Assembly: GCA_963810935.1 (NCBI GenBank)
Contig: CAWEPK010000002.1
Span: forward strand, 1 to 30,613
DNA: 30,613 nucleotides
Direction of reading: 5' to 3'
Source of the DNA: an uncultured delta proteobacterium
GTDB taxonomy: Bacteria > Desulfobacterota > Syntrophorhabdia > Syntrophorhabdales > WCHB1-27
Position numbers and translations under genes: made by a program
Notes under the pieces: model-generated
Databases searched by the model: none
What the model was told of the DNA's origin: nothing
The model's input: only the letters and a program-made list of their open reading frames with translations
Part shown: positions 11,140 to 19,902 of the stretch, piece by piece
How positions within the stretch are numbered: the stretch's first letter is position 1
How the letters are laid out: each line of letters opens with the position of its first letter

Positions 11140-13833
11140 ATGAGCACTATCAACCTGACAATAGACAACATGAAAGTCGAGGTGCCGGCAGGCGCCACCG
11201 TTTTCTGGGCCGCGAAGAAGGCCGGCATAGACATACCACACCTTTGTTACAGGGAGGGGCTGTCGCCGACGAGCGCGTGCAGGCTTTGCGTCGTGGAAGT
11301 GCAGGGTGCCCGGAACCTTTCCGCCTCGTGCTCGCTGCCGGTAACCAACAACATGGTCGTCAGCACGAATAGTCCGCGCGTGAAGGCAGCCCGTCGCATG
11401 GTGATCGAATTCCTTCTCTCCGACCACCCCTCCGACTGCATGACCTGCGAGAAGAGCGGGACGTGCGCGCTCGAAAAGTACGCCTACGAGCTCGGGGTCC
11501 GGAAAAGCGCATTCGAGGGCGAAAGGCACTCGTACCCGGTCCGTGACCAGAACCCGTTCTACGAGAGGGATTATAACAAGTGCATCCTTTGCGGCAGGTG
11601 TGTGACGGTCTGCCACGAGGTCCAGTACTGCGGCGCCGTCGATCTCACTCACAGGGGGTTTTCGACGAAGGTTGCCGCCTTCCAGGACGGCTCGATGCAG
11701 GGCACGACATGCGTATTCTGCGGCAACTGCGTGAGCGTCTGCCCCACCGGGGCGCTCACCGAAAAGGCCGGCCGGTTCCAGGGCCGCGACTGGGAGATGG
11801 AAAAGGTCCCCACGATCTGCTCGTATTGCGGCGTCGGTTGCACGATCGTCCTCAACGTGAAGGACGGCAAAGTCGTAAAGGCGACCACCGACAGGGAAAT
11901 GGGCATGAACAAGGGGTGGACCTGCGTAAAAGGGAGGTTTGGCTTCGACTACATCCATAGCCCCGACCGGCTCGCCTCGCCGCTTATAAAGGAAGGAGAA
12001 GCGTTCCGCAAGGCCGGCTGGGACGAGGCGCTGGACAAGGTCGCATCAGGCCTGAAAGAGGTAAAAGAGAAATACGGGCCGGACGCGATAGGCGTCCTCT
12101 GCTCGGCCAAATGCACCAATGAAGAGAACTACCTGCTGCAAAAGATCGCCAGGCAGGCCATCGGCACGAATAACGTCGACCACTGCGCGCGTCTCTGACA
12201 CAGCTCAACCGTCGCCGGGCTGGCGATGTCATTCGGAAGCGGCGCAATGACCAATTCCATCGAAGAGATAGGGAATGCAGACACGATCTTCGTGATCGGC
12301 TCGAATACGACGGAGAACCACCCCGTCATCGCCCTTGAAATCAAAAAGGCGGTCAGGAAGAGAGGGGCCAGGCTGATCGTGGCCGACCCGAGGAGGATCG
12401 AGCTCGTCGATTATGCCCACCTCTGGCTTGCCCAGAAGCCGGGCACCGACGTCGCGCTTATCAACGGCATGCTGAACGCGATCATCGAAAACGGCTGGAC
12501 GAACGAGAAATTCGTCGTCGAACGGACGGAAGGCTACGACGTGCTGGCCGAGTCCGTCAAGGCATACACGCCGGAAGCGGTCGAGGCGATCACCGGGGTA
12601 AAGGCGGCCGATATGGTCGAGGCCGCGCGCCTGTTTGCAACATCGGGGAGCGGATCGATCCTTTACTCGATGGGCATCACGCAGCATACGACGGGCACCA
12701 ACAACGTCCTCGCCCTGGCGAACCTCTCCATGATTACCGGGCAGATAGGCAAGCCCTCGTCGGGCGTCAACCCGCTGCGCGGCCAGAACAACGTGCAGGG
12801 CGCCTGCGACATGGGCGGCCTGCCGAACGTTTTCACGGCATACCAGAAGGTGGACGACGAGGCGGCCAGGACGAAATTCGAGAAGGCATGGGGCGCGACC
12901 CTTTCCGGCCACCCCGGTCTCACGCTCATGGAGATGATGAGCGCCATAGGCGAGGGGCGGATAAAGGCGCTCTTCATCATGGGCGAGAACCCGCTTTTGA
13001 CCGACCCGGACGGGGCAAAGGTGCGGCGCGAGCTTTCTCACCTCGACCTGCTCGTAGTCCAGGACATTTTTATGACCGAGACCGCCGAGGTCGCGAACGT
13101 CGTCCTGCCGGGCGTGAGCTTCGCGGAAAAGGACGGTACGTTCACCAACACGGAAAGGCGCGTGCAGCGGGTCAGGGCGGCCATAAAACCGATCGGCGAA
13201 GCGCGGCCCGACTGGCAGATCCTCTGTGACCTGTCTTCGCGGCTCGGCCTTCCCATGAGCTACAAGTCGCCGGAGGAGATCATGGCGGAGATCGCTTCAG
13301 TCACGCCCTCGTACGGCGGCATAACCTATGACCGGCTCGACAAAGGCGGGCTCCAGTGGCCCTGCCTCACGGCCGACCACCCGGGGACTACGTACCTGCA
13401 TAAGGGGCAGTTTACGAGGGGCAAGGGCAAGTTCCACGTTACGCCGTATATGCCCGCGCCGGAGCTGCCCGACGAAGAATACCCCCTGTGCCTGACGACG
13501 GGCCGCATGCTTTACCACTACCATGCAGTCATGTCTAGGAAATCGAAGCCGCTTTCGCAGATGGCGCCGGAGCCCATAATAGAGGTGAGCCGCGAGGACG
13601 CCAAAAAGATAGGCTTCAACGGGGAAGGGGCGCGGGTCGTCGTAGAGTCGCGGCGGGGGAGTGTGGTCGTCCAGGCGCGGGCGGTCGACCATTTGCAGCA
13701 AGGGCTCGTCTTCATGAACTTCCATTTCAGGGAGGCGGCGACAAACCTACTTACCCTCGACGCCCTCGATCCCGTCTCCAAGATACCGGGATACAAGGTG
13801 TGCGCGGTGCGGATCCGGAAGGAAACGGCGTAG
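11140..13833 (+). CDS. fdhA: Selenocysteine-containing Mo/W-bisPGD formate dehydrogenase alpha subunit (897 aa) with N-terminal NuoG-like Fe-S domains
   Basis: ORFs 11140..12198 and 12226..13833 are in the same frame and joined by TGA 12196-12198 in the catalytic motif [17 protein letters not shown]. Also [28 protein letters not shown]. Confidence 0.94.
12210..12228 (+). promoter_or_regulatory. Bacterial SECIS hairpin
   Basis: CGTCGCC-GGGCT-GGCGATG stem-loop with a G-rich apical loop, starting 11 nt after the UGA, as in E. coli fdhF. Confidence 0.8.
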
Positions 13834-13879
13834 GATCGGGTGCAGGGGCAATGCCCTCCAGGCGGGGTCCGAAATGCTG

Positions 13880-13909
13880 TTGACATAAAAGGTTCTTAGG
13901 TGATATTCT
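13880..13909 (+). promoter_or_regulatory. Sigma-70 promoter of the hydrogenase operon
   Basis: TTGACA-N18-TATTCT with extended -10 (TGaTATTCT). Confidence 0.7.
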
Positions 13910-13912
13910 TGT

Positions 13913-13930
13913 TCGTGATTTTCTTCACGT
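13913..13930. promoter_or_regulatory. Putative Rex operator
   Basis: TCGTGATTTTCTTCACGT palindrome resembling the deltaproteobacterial Rex motif TCGTGAAnnnnTTCACGA, overlapping the predicted +1. Confidence 0.6.
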
Positions 13931-14069
13931 TTCAACTTCCGCGCCCTGTTTTGACAAACAAGAGGCATTCAACGCATACAAAAATGGGTTCGCCGGGAGG
14001 GGCACGACGCATGCGCCGTTCTCAGCGATTCGATTATCCGGCCTAGTGTAACGAAAAGGAGGTAATAGT

Positions 14070-16223
14070 ATGTGGCAATTGAGGAATGATGCGCCAGCTA
14101 AAGTGGAGGCTGCGGTCAAGATATTCCTGCCGCCGTGCCAGAACAAGTGCCCGATCCGCGAAGACATCCAGCGGACGAACGTTCTAATCTCCTTGCTTCC
14201 CGAGGACCCAAAAGAGGCGCGTGAAGGCGTGCTGCAGATCGGTGACAGCCTCTACGAGAGGAACCCGTTTTTCACCGTCTGCGGTTACATCTGCGGCATC
14301 TGCGAGCGGGAATGCAACTACAAAACGAAGGGCGGCTCCATCAAGAGAAGGCTGCTCAAGCGCTTCCTCTCTGACACGTACACCCCCTTCCTCAAGGAGA
14401 AGAAGCCGATCGAGGCCGCGAAGACGGGCATCAAGGTGGCCGTCATCGGCGGCGGCCCCGGCGGGCTCATGTGTGCCTGGGAGATGGCCAAGAAAGGGCA
14501 CGACGTAACGGTTTTCGATAACAACCCGAAGCTCGGCGGCGCCATAAGGTATATCCCTAAATACCGCCTCCCGGAAGACGTGCTCGACGCAGCCGTGGAC
14601 AGCCTGGTGCGGATAGGCGGCATCAAGGTCGAGAAGAACGTGAAGCTGGAAGGTGACGTTATCACGAAGCTGAAAGAGCAGGGCTTCAAGGTTTTCTGCG
14701 TGGCCACCGGCACGCCCTACCCCAGGCCGCTGACTTTCGGCGTTGACAAGATCGAGTGGCAGGGCATGGAGGGCGTCGGCTACGGCCTGAGCATGCTCGA
14801 CGAGGCGGGAAGGGGCCTCCTTCCGCCTGACTACTATAAAGGAAAGAGAGTCGTCGTCATCGGCGGCGGCAACGTGGCCTTCGACGCAGCGAGGACTGCC
14901 TACAGGCTGGGCGGCCAGGTGACGGTCGTCTGCCTCGAGAACGAAGACAAGTCCACGCCGGACGGCATCCCGGCTGATGCGGAAGAGATAGAAGGCGCGA
15001 TCCAGGAAGGCATCAAGATCGTCTATTCCAGGGGCGTGCAGAACATAGTCGCGGAGAACGGCAAGTTCAAGAAACTCGACTGCCCGAAGTGTACGAGCGT
15101 CTTCGACTATAAGGGTTTCAACCCGCAGTTCGACTGCGCCGACTGCCAGGATGTGGAAGGCGACGTGCTTCTTATAACGATCGGCCAGATGTGGGACCGG
15201 ACCCTCCTGCAGAACTGTGGTCTTTTCGACCAGAGCGGCCGGCTAGCCGTAGACCCCCTCACCCGGAGGAGCACTCTGCGCGAGGATGTCTTCCTCGGCG
15301 GCGACGTAAGAAGGGTCGGTTTCATGGTCGATGCCATGGCGGAAGGCCGCGAGTCCGCACAGTCTATGGACCGGTACCTCCGCGGGATGTCTTTGCGGCG
15401 GTGGGGCCTGAGAAGGGAGTCCACCGGGACGCCGACGAGGCACAACTTCAAGGCGGAGCCCCACGCGAAATGGACGGCCCCTACCGAAAGGCAGAACTTC
15501 AATATGTTCGAGATAGGCCTGACCCTTAACGAGGCCAGGGAAGAGGCAAGGCGGTGCCTTGAGTGCGGGCCGTGCCCTGCCTGCAAGGCGTGCGTAACGG
15601 TCGGCCTCCAGCCCGACCTCCCCGCGGTTGAGGTTGACGAGTCGCTTTGCTCCGGATGCGGGGTTTGCGTTGCCGCCTGCAACTACGAGACGGCCCACGT
15701 CGTCGAGACAAAAGAGATCATCGAAGGCAGGGAGGTAAGAACCCGCCTCGTAAGCTATACCGACCCCGTAAAGTGCAAGGCGTGCGGCATGTGCGTAGCT
15801 GCCTGTCCGTCGGGCGCCAGGAGGCTCGACCCTGATCTTTCGCAGGCCGGGAAGATTGCCGAAAAGCCGGGCATCGTCACCTTCGCCTGCAAGTTCGGCT
15901 ACGGTTACTGCGGCAACGGGCTCGGTGCTGACATCAAGTCGTTCGTACCAGTCATCTGCATAGGCAAGGTAGATACCAGCGATATCCTGGATGCCTTCAA
16001 TAAAGGAGCGGAGGGCGTGCTCCTCCTGGGGTGCGGCGACGGCTCCTGCCACTTCCAGGACGGCAACGAAGAGGCGAGGAAGCGCATTTACCTGCTGCGG
16101 AGAGTGCTCGAATCCTTCGGGATCGAACAAGAAAGGGTGAAGGTCGTTACGTCCTTCGACCCGAAAGGGGCGGCCGTTGCGGGACTCGTTAACGAATTCG
16201 CGAACGAGCTCAAGGCTCTCTAA
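14070..16223 (+). CDS. GltD/NfnL-like FAD oxidoreductase fused to a 2x[4Fe-4S] ferredoxin domain and an MvhD/FlpD [2Fe-2S] domain
   Basis: PPCQNKCP, CGYICGICEREC, IGGGPGG, IGGGNVAFD, EARRCLECGPCPACKAC, CSGCGVCVAAC/CKACGMCVAACP, then MvhD-type FAC...VICIGKV...GAEGVLLLGCGDGSCHF...GIEQERV; AAGGAGGT RBS. Confidence 0.88.
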   Translation: MWQLRNDAPAKVEAAVKIFLPPCQNKCPIREDIQRTNVLISLLPEDPKEAREGVLQIGDSLYERNPFFTVCGYICGICERECNYKTKGGSIKRRLLKRFLSDTYTPFLKEKKPIEAAKTGIKVAVIGGGPGGLMCAWEMAKKGHDVTVFDNNPKLGGAIRYIPKYRLPEDVLDAAVDSLVRIGGIKVEKNVKLEGDVITKLKEQGFKVFCVATGTPYPRPLTFGVDKIEWQGMEGVGYGLSMLDEAGRGLLPPDYYKGKRVVVIGGGNVAFDAARTAYRLGGQVTVVCLENEDKSTPDGIPADAEEIEGAIQEGIKIVYSRGVQNIVAENGKFKKLDCPKCTSVFDYKGFNPQFDCADCQDVEGDVLLITIGQMWDRTLLQNCGLFDQSGRLAVDPLTRRSTLREDVFLGGDVRRVGFMVDAMAEGRESAQSMDRYLRGMSLRRWGLRRESTGTPTRHNFKAEPHAKWTAPTERQNFNMFEIGLTLNEAREEARRCLECGPCPACKACVTVGLQPDLPAVEVDESLCSGCGVCVAACNYETAHVVETKEIIEGREVRTRLVSYTDPVKCKACGMCVAACPSGARRLDPDLSQAGKIAEKPGIVTFACKFGYGYCGNGLGADIKSFVPVICIGKVDTSDILDAFNKGAEGVLLLGCGDGSCHFQDGNEEARKRIYLLRRVLESFGIEQERVKVVTSFDPKGAAVAGLVNEFANELKAL

Positions 16224-16247
16224 CCAGTAAGGCCTTAGGAGGAAGAT

Positions 16248-17228
16248 ATGGCTGATAAACCTAAAGTTGCGATAATGTGGCTCGGAGGCTGCGGCGGCTG
16301 CGATGAGGCGGTCGTTGACCTTAACGAGGAGATCCTCAAGGTCGTGAGCGCCGTCGACATCGTGCTCTGGCCCGTGGCCCTCGATTTCAAATACCATCAT
16401 ATAGAGGCGATGAAGGACGGTGAGATCGCCCTGGCCATTATAAACGGCTCGGTCAGGAACTCCGAGCTGGAGGAATTCGCAAGGGTGCTGCGCAGGAAAT
16501 CGCAGCTTGTGCTTGCCTTCGGCGCCTGCGCCTGCTTCGGCGGGACGCCGGCTCTCGCGAACTTCCGCTCGAAGGCCGACATCTTCCAGTGGGTTTATAA
16601 AGACGCGCCCACGGTGACGAACCCGAAGGAAAACTACCCGCAGACGGTTTCGACGGTCGACGGCCATGAGCTTACGCTGCCCGAGCTTTTCGAAGACGTC
16701 AGGACCCTCGACCAGGTGATCGACGTCGATTACTACCTGCCGGGCTGCCCGCCGCCCGTCAACCTGATACTCGGCGCAATCGGCGCGGTGCTTGAAGGCC
16801 ACCTTCCCCCGAAAGGCTCGACGCTCGCACCCGAGAGGGCGCTTTGCGACGTATGCGAAAGGAACAAAACGAAGCCCGAAAAGCTTTCGATCTCCAACAT
16901 AAAAAGGATACACGAGATAGAAGCCGACCCTGAAAAATGCATGCTGGCCCAGGGCGTCGTCTGCTCCGGCCCCGCGACGCGGGCCGGGTGCGGCGAAGTC
17001 TGCCTGAAAATCAATATGCCTTGCAGGGGCTGTTTCGGCCCGGTTGAAGGCGTCAAAGACATGGGTTCCAAATACCTTTCCGCCTTTGCTTCTCTCATTG
17101 ACGCTCCCAACCTTGATGAGGCGATGAAGGTAGTCGATACGCTCGACGACCCTACGGGATATTTCTATCGTTTCACGACGGCGTCCTCTCTGCTCCGGAA
17201 GAAGAGAGAAGCATCCAAAAAAGCGTGA
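16248..17228 (+). CDS. mvhG: F420-non-reducing (group 3c-type) [NiFe]-hydrogenase small subunit
   Basis: WLGGCGGCDE, WPVALDFK, FGACACFGG, YLPGCPP, CMLAQGVVCSGPATRAGC, MPCRGCFGP. Confidence 0.9.
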   Translation: MADKPKVAIMWLGGCGGCDEAVVDLNEEILKVVSAVDIVLWPVALDFKYHHIEAMKDGEIALAIINGSVRNSELEEFARVLRRKSQLVLAFGACACFGGTPALANFRSKADIFQWVYKDAPTVTNPKENYPQTVSTVDGHELTLPELFEDVRTLDQVIDVDYYLPGCPPPVNLILGAIGAVLEGHLPPKGSTLAPERALCDVCERNKTKPEKLSISNIKRIHEIEADPEKCMLAQGVVCSGPATRAGCGEVCLKINMPCRGCFGPVEGVKDMGSKYLSAFASLIDAPNLDEAMKVVDTLDDPTGYFYRFTTASSLLRKKREASKKA

Positions 17229-17237
17229 GGTGTGAGC

Positions 17238-18707
17238 ATGGGTAAAACAATTTCCATAAATCCGGTAACAAGATTAGAGGGGCACGGCAAGATCGACATA
17301 TTCCTCGATGACCAGGGGAATGTAGAGGACGCCTATTTCCAGGTGACGGAGCTGCGCGGCTTCGAGCGGTTCTGTATCGGCAGGCCCGTAGAGGAGATGC
17401 CCAGGATCGTGCCCAATATCTGCGGCGTCTGCCCCACGCCCCACAACATGGCGTCGACAAAGGCCCTGGACAAGGTCTTCGGCGTCGAGCCGACCGTAAC
17501 GGCGAAGCTCGTGCGGCAGCTCCAGTACAACGCCTTCTACATTGAAGACCATTACATCCATTTCTTTTTCCTCGGGGGCCCGGACTTCGTGGTGGGCCCG
17601 GATGCTAACCCGGCCGAGCGCAACATCCTGGGCGTTATCCAGAAGGTGGGCCTCGAGATCGCCGGTAAGGTGATCGAGGTCAGGAAGAGATGCAGAGACA
17701 TCATGCGGCTCTTGGGCAGCAAGGCGCCCCATCCTGAAGGCGGCCTGCCGGGCGGCGTGCCGAGGGGCGTGACCGAGGACGAGCGGGTCGTCATTAAAGA
17801 GACTGCCGACTACGCGGTAGAGTTCTCGAAGTTCGCCCTCCAGTTGTTCAAACAGGTAGTCGTCCAGAACCCGGATTACCTAAAGCTCGTGCTGGACGAC
17901 GCTTATGCCCTGAACACATTTTATATGGGCATGGTCGACGAGAACAAGTGCGTCAACTTCTACGACGGCAACATCAGGGTCGTAAACCCGGAGGGCAAGG
18001 AAAGGGCGCTCTTCGATCCGCAGTTCTATACGGACCACATAGCGGAGTGGGTCGAGCCCTGGACGTTCATCAGGCTCACCTACCTGAAGGTGCTCGGATG
18101 GCAGGGGTTGAAAGAAGGTTTCGGTTCGTCGCTCTACCGCGTCGGCCCGCTGGCCCGCCTCAATGCCTCCAAAGGCATGGCAACGCCGTTGGCGCAGGCA
18201 GAGTACGAAGAGATGTACGCGACGCTCGGGCAGAAGCCGGCGCACCATACACTTGCATTCCACTGGGCGCGGCTCATCGAAGCGATGCAGGCAGCCGAAG
18301 ACATGCAGCGGATAGCCAACGACCCGCTGCTCACCAGCAAAGACACCCGCAACATGGGCATGCGGCTCACCAAGAAAGGCATCGGCTGCGTAGAGGCCGC
18401 GCGTGGGACGCTGATCCACCATTACGAGACGGACGACAAGGGCCTGCTCACGAAGGCGAACCTGATCGTGGCGACCCAGCATAACGCAGCCCCGATCTGC
18501 TTATCTGTGAAGAAGGCGGCCCAGGGCTTCATCAAGGGCGGAGAGCCGAAAGAAGGCCTCCTCAACATGGTCGAGATGGCCTTCCGGGCCTACGACCCGT
18601 GCCTCGGCTGCGCGACGCACACGCTGCCGGGCAAGATGCCGCTGGAGATCGTGCTGCGCGACCGCCAGGGCAATATCGTCGACCGCATAGGCCGCAACCT
18701 GAAATAG
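17238..18707 (+). CDS. mvhA: Group 3c-type [NiFe]-hydrogenase large subunit
   Basis: TRLEGHG, ELRGFERF, L1 ICGVCPTPH, EAARGTLIHHY, L2 AYDPCLGCATH followed by a cleavable C-terminal extension; GAGGTG RBS before ATG 17238. Confidence 0.92.
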   Translation: MGKTISINPVTRLEGHGKIDIFLDDQGNVEDAYFQVTELRGFERFCIGRPVEEMPRIVPNICGVCPTPHNMASTKALDKVFGVEPTVTAKLVRQLQYNAFYIEDHYIHFFFLGGPDFVVGPDANPAERNILGVIQKVGLEIAGKVIEVRKRCRDIMRLLGSKAPHPEGGLPGGVPRGVTEDERVVIKETADYAVEFSKFALQLFKQVVVQNPDYLKLVLDDAYALNTFYMGMVDENKCVNFYDGNIRVVNPEGKERALFDPQFYTDHIAEWVEPWTFIRLTYLKVLGWQGLKEGFGSSLYRVGPLARLNASKGMATPLAQAEYEEMYATLGQKPAHHTLAFHWARLIEAMQAAEDMQRIANDPLLTSKDTRNMGMRLTKKGIGCVEAARGTLIHHYETDDKGLLTKANLIVATQHNAAPICLSVKKAAQGFIKGGEPKEGLLNMVEMAFRAYDPCLGCATHTLPGKMPLEIVLRDRQGNIVDRIGRNLK

Positions 18708-18722
18708 GGATAAGGAACAGAC

Positions 18723-18759
18723 CGCACGCCGTGCAAACCCTGCACGGCGTGCGTTTTTT
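18723..18759 (+). terminator. Intrinsic terminator-like hairpin after mvhA
   Basis: Perfect 13-bp stem CGCACGCCGTGCA / TGCACGGCGTGCG, 5-nt loop, then T6. Confidence 0.8.
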
Positions 18760-18765
18760 AATCAT

Positions 18766-19242
18766 ATGGCTATACCGAAAACACTGGTGCTCGGTCTCGG
18801 AAACACCATCCTCGGCGACGACGGCGTAGGTATCTGCGTAGTAAGGGAGATGCGCCGCACGTGGACGCCGGGTGCCGGCGTCGAGCTCGTCGAGGCAAGC
18901 CTCGGCGGCATGGTGCTTTTGGACCTTATCGCCGGATACGATCACGCAGTAATCGTCGACGCCATCATGACCCAGGACGATAAGCCGGCGGGCTTCATCT
19001 ACGAGCTTGCCCTGGACGACCTGGGAGAGCTGGTAGTGCCGTACGCCTCGCACGCCCTCGATTTGAAGACGACCATGGAGCTGGGCAACAGGCTGGGCTA
19101 CAAGATGCCGGAGACGGTGAAGATCTACGCAATAAAGATCGAGGAGAACACAATCTTCCGCGAGGAGCTGACGCCAGCGATCGACGCGGTCGTGCCAGTC
19201 CTGGCGAAGCAGATTGTGGCGGAGCTTAGCCCGCGCGCGTAA
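18766..19242 (+). CDS. Hydrogenase maturation protease (HycI/HybD family)
   Basis: LVLGLGNTILGDDGVG, VIVDAI, SHALDL. Confidence 0.92.
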   Translation: MAIPKTLVLGLGNTILGDDGVGICVVREMRRTWTPGAGVELVEASLGGMVLLDLIAGYDHAVIVDAIMTQDDKPAGFIYELALDDLGELVVPYASHALDLKTTMELGNRLGYKMPETVKIYAIKIEENTIFREELTPAIDAVVPVLAKQIVAELSPRA

Positions 19243-19259
19243 GGCGGGAAAAAAGCGTC

Positions 19260-19543
19260 GGGGAATTCTCCAGGGGCTACGGCTAAAGGCGAAAGACGGT
19301 CGGACTCCTCCAGGTTTGGACTCGCGCCTGGAATGGATCGCGCTATGCGGCGCACTGCTCGCCGTGTGGCCTCCGATGTACGTATGTACGATCTCCGGCC
19401 GACACGGCTCACATTGCACCAATAATAGCGGGGCACCCGCCGTCCACAGGCGGGTCGCAACACGATCCCTTCCAGGCGCTCCTCCACAGCCGGCCGCCGC
19501 TAACGGAATAAAGAGCATATTATAAGGCGGCGGCAAGATCGGG
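19260..19543 (-). repeat. Copy A of a structured non-coding repeat (inverted partner at 23226-23357), interrupted by a 154-bp insertion
   Basis: The reverse complement reads CCCGATCTTGCCGCCGCC...TCCGTTAGCGGCGGCCGGCTGTGGAGGAG[insert]CGAGTCCAAACCTGGAGGAGTCCGACCGTCTTTCGCCTTTAGCCGTAGCCCCTGG, which aligns to 23226-23346. Confidence 0.85.
19325..19478 (-). mobile_element. MITE-like / structured 154-bp insertion with 15-bp terminal inverted repeats
   Basis: GCCTGGAATGGATCG (19326-19340) versus CGATCCCTTCCAGGC (19463-19477), 14/15 match. Removing it restores GGACTCGCTCCTCC exactly as in copy B. It can be read as a 152-bp element plus a 2-bp GC duplication. Confidence 0.6.
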
Positions 19544-19902
19544 TGGTACTGCGTCCTCGGCATGCCATACCAGAATATAGATTCCGATAGTGAAGATTTT
19601 CGGGTGGAACGTTCAATAGCCTTAGTAATCCTCAGTGGAAAAATAGTTCACCTGCAAACGCAGCCCCTCGCATCAAAATTAAAACGTCGCTATTACCATA
19701 AGCAACAAATATTTCAATATGAACGGTACGATCAACAAATCCCCCGTTGTTTTTATTGACAATCGTTATACAATGTTGTAAATATCTGAGAATCCTAAAA
19801 TTGAATTATGCGCTGACGGGGATGGAACGATAATTCGGCTATATCCGCCGGCTTCGGGAACAGGAGTACATCTGTAATTTAGGAAGCTCGTGGGGGGCGC
19901 CT

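Noticed and set aside
12196..12198. fdhA pseudogene by premature stop
   Set aside because: The TGA sits at the catalytic Sec position, the frame is preserved, and a SECIS follows.
15243..16913. Long antisense ORFs (556 aa here; also 1418..2434, 10912..11958, 18562..19563 and others)
   Set aside because: They are shadow ORFs of GC3-rich genes with no recognisable motifs or RBS.
19260..19543. Structured region as 6S RNA, tmRNA, SRP, group II intron D5 or c-di-GMP riboswitch
   Set aside because: It lacks the diagnostic motifs: no tRNA-like ends, no SRP CAGG/GGAA/AGCA helix, no D5 GAAA geometry, no GGCAAA...GCAAA pattern. The filled/empty-site relation with copy B explains it better.
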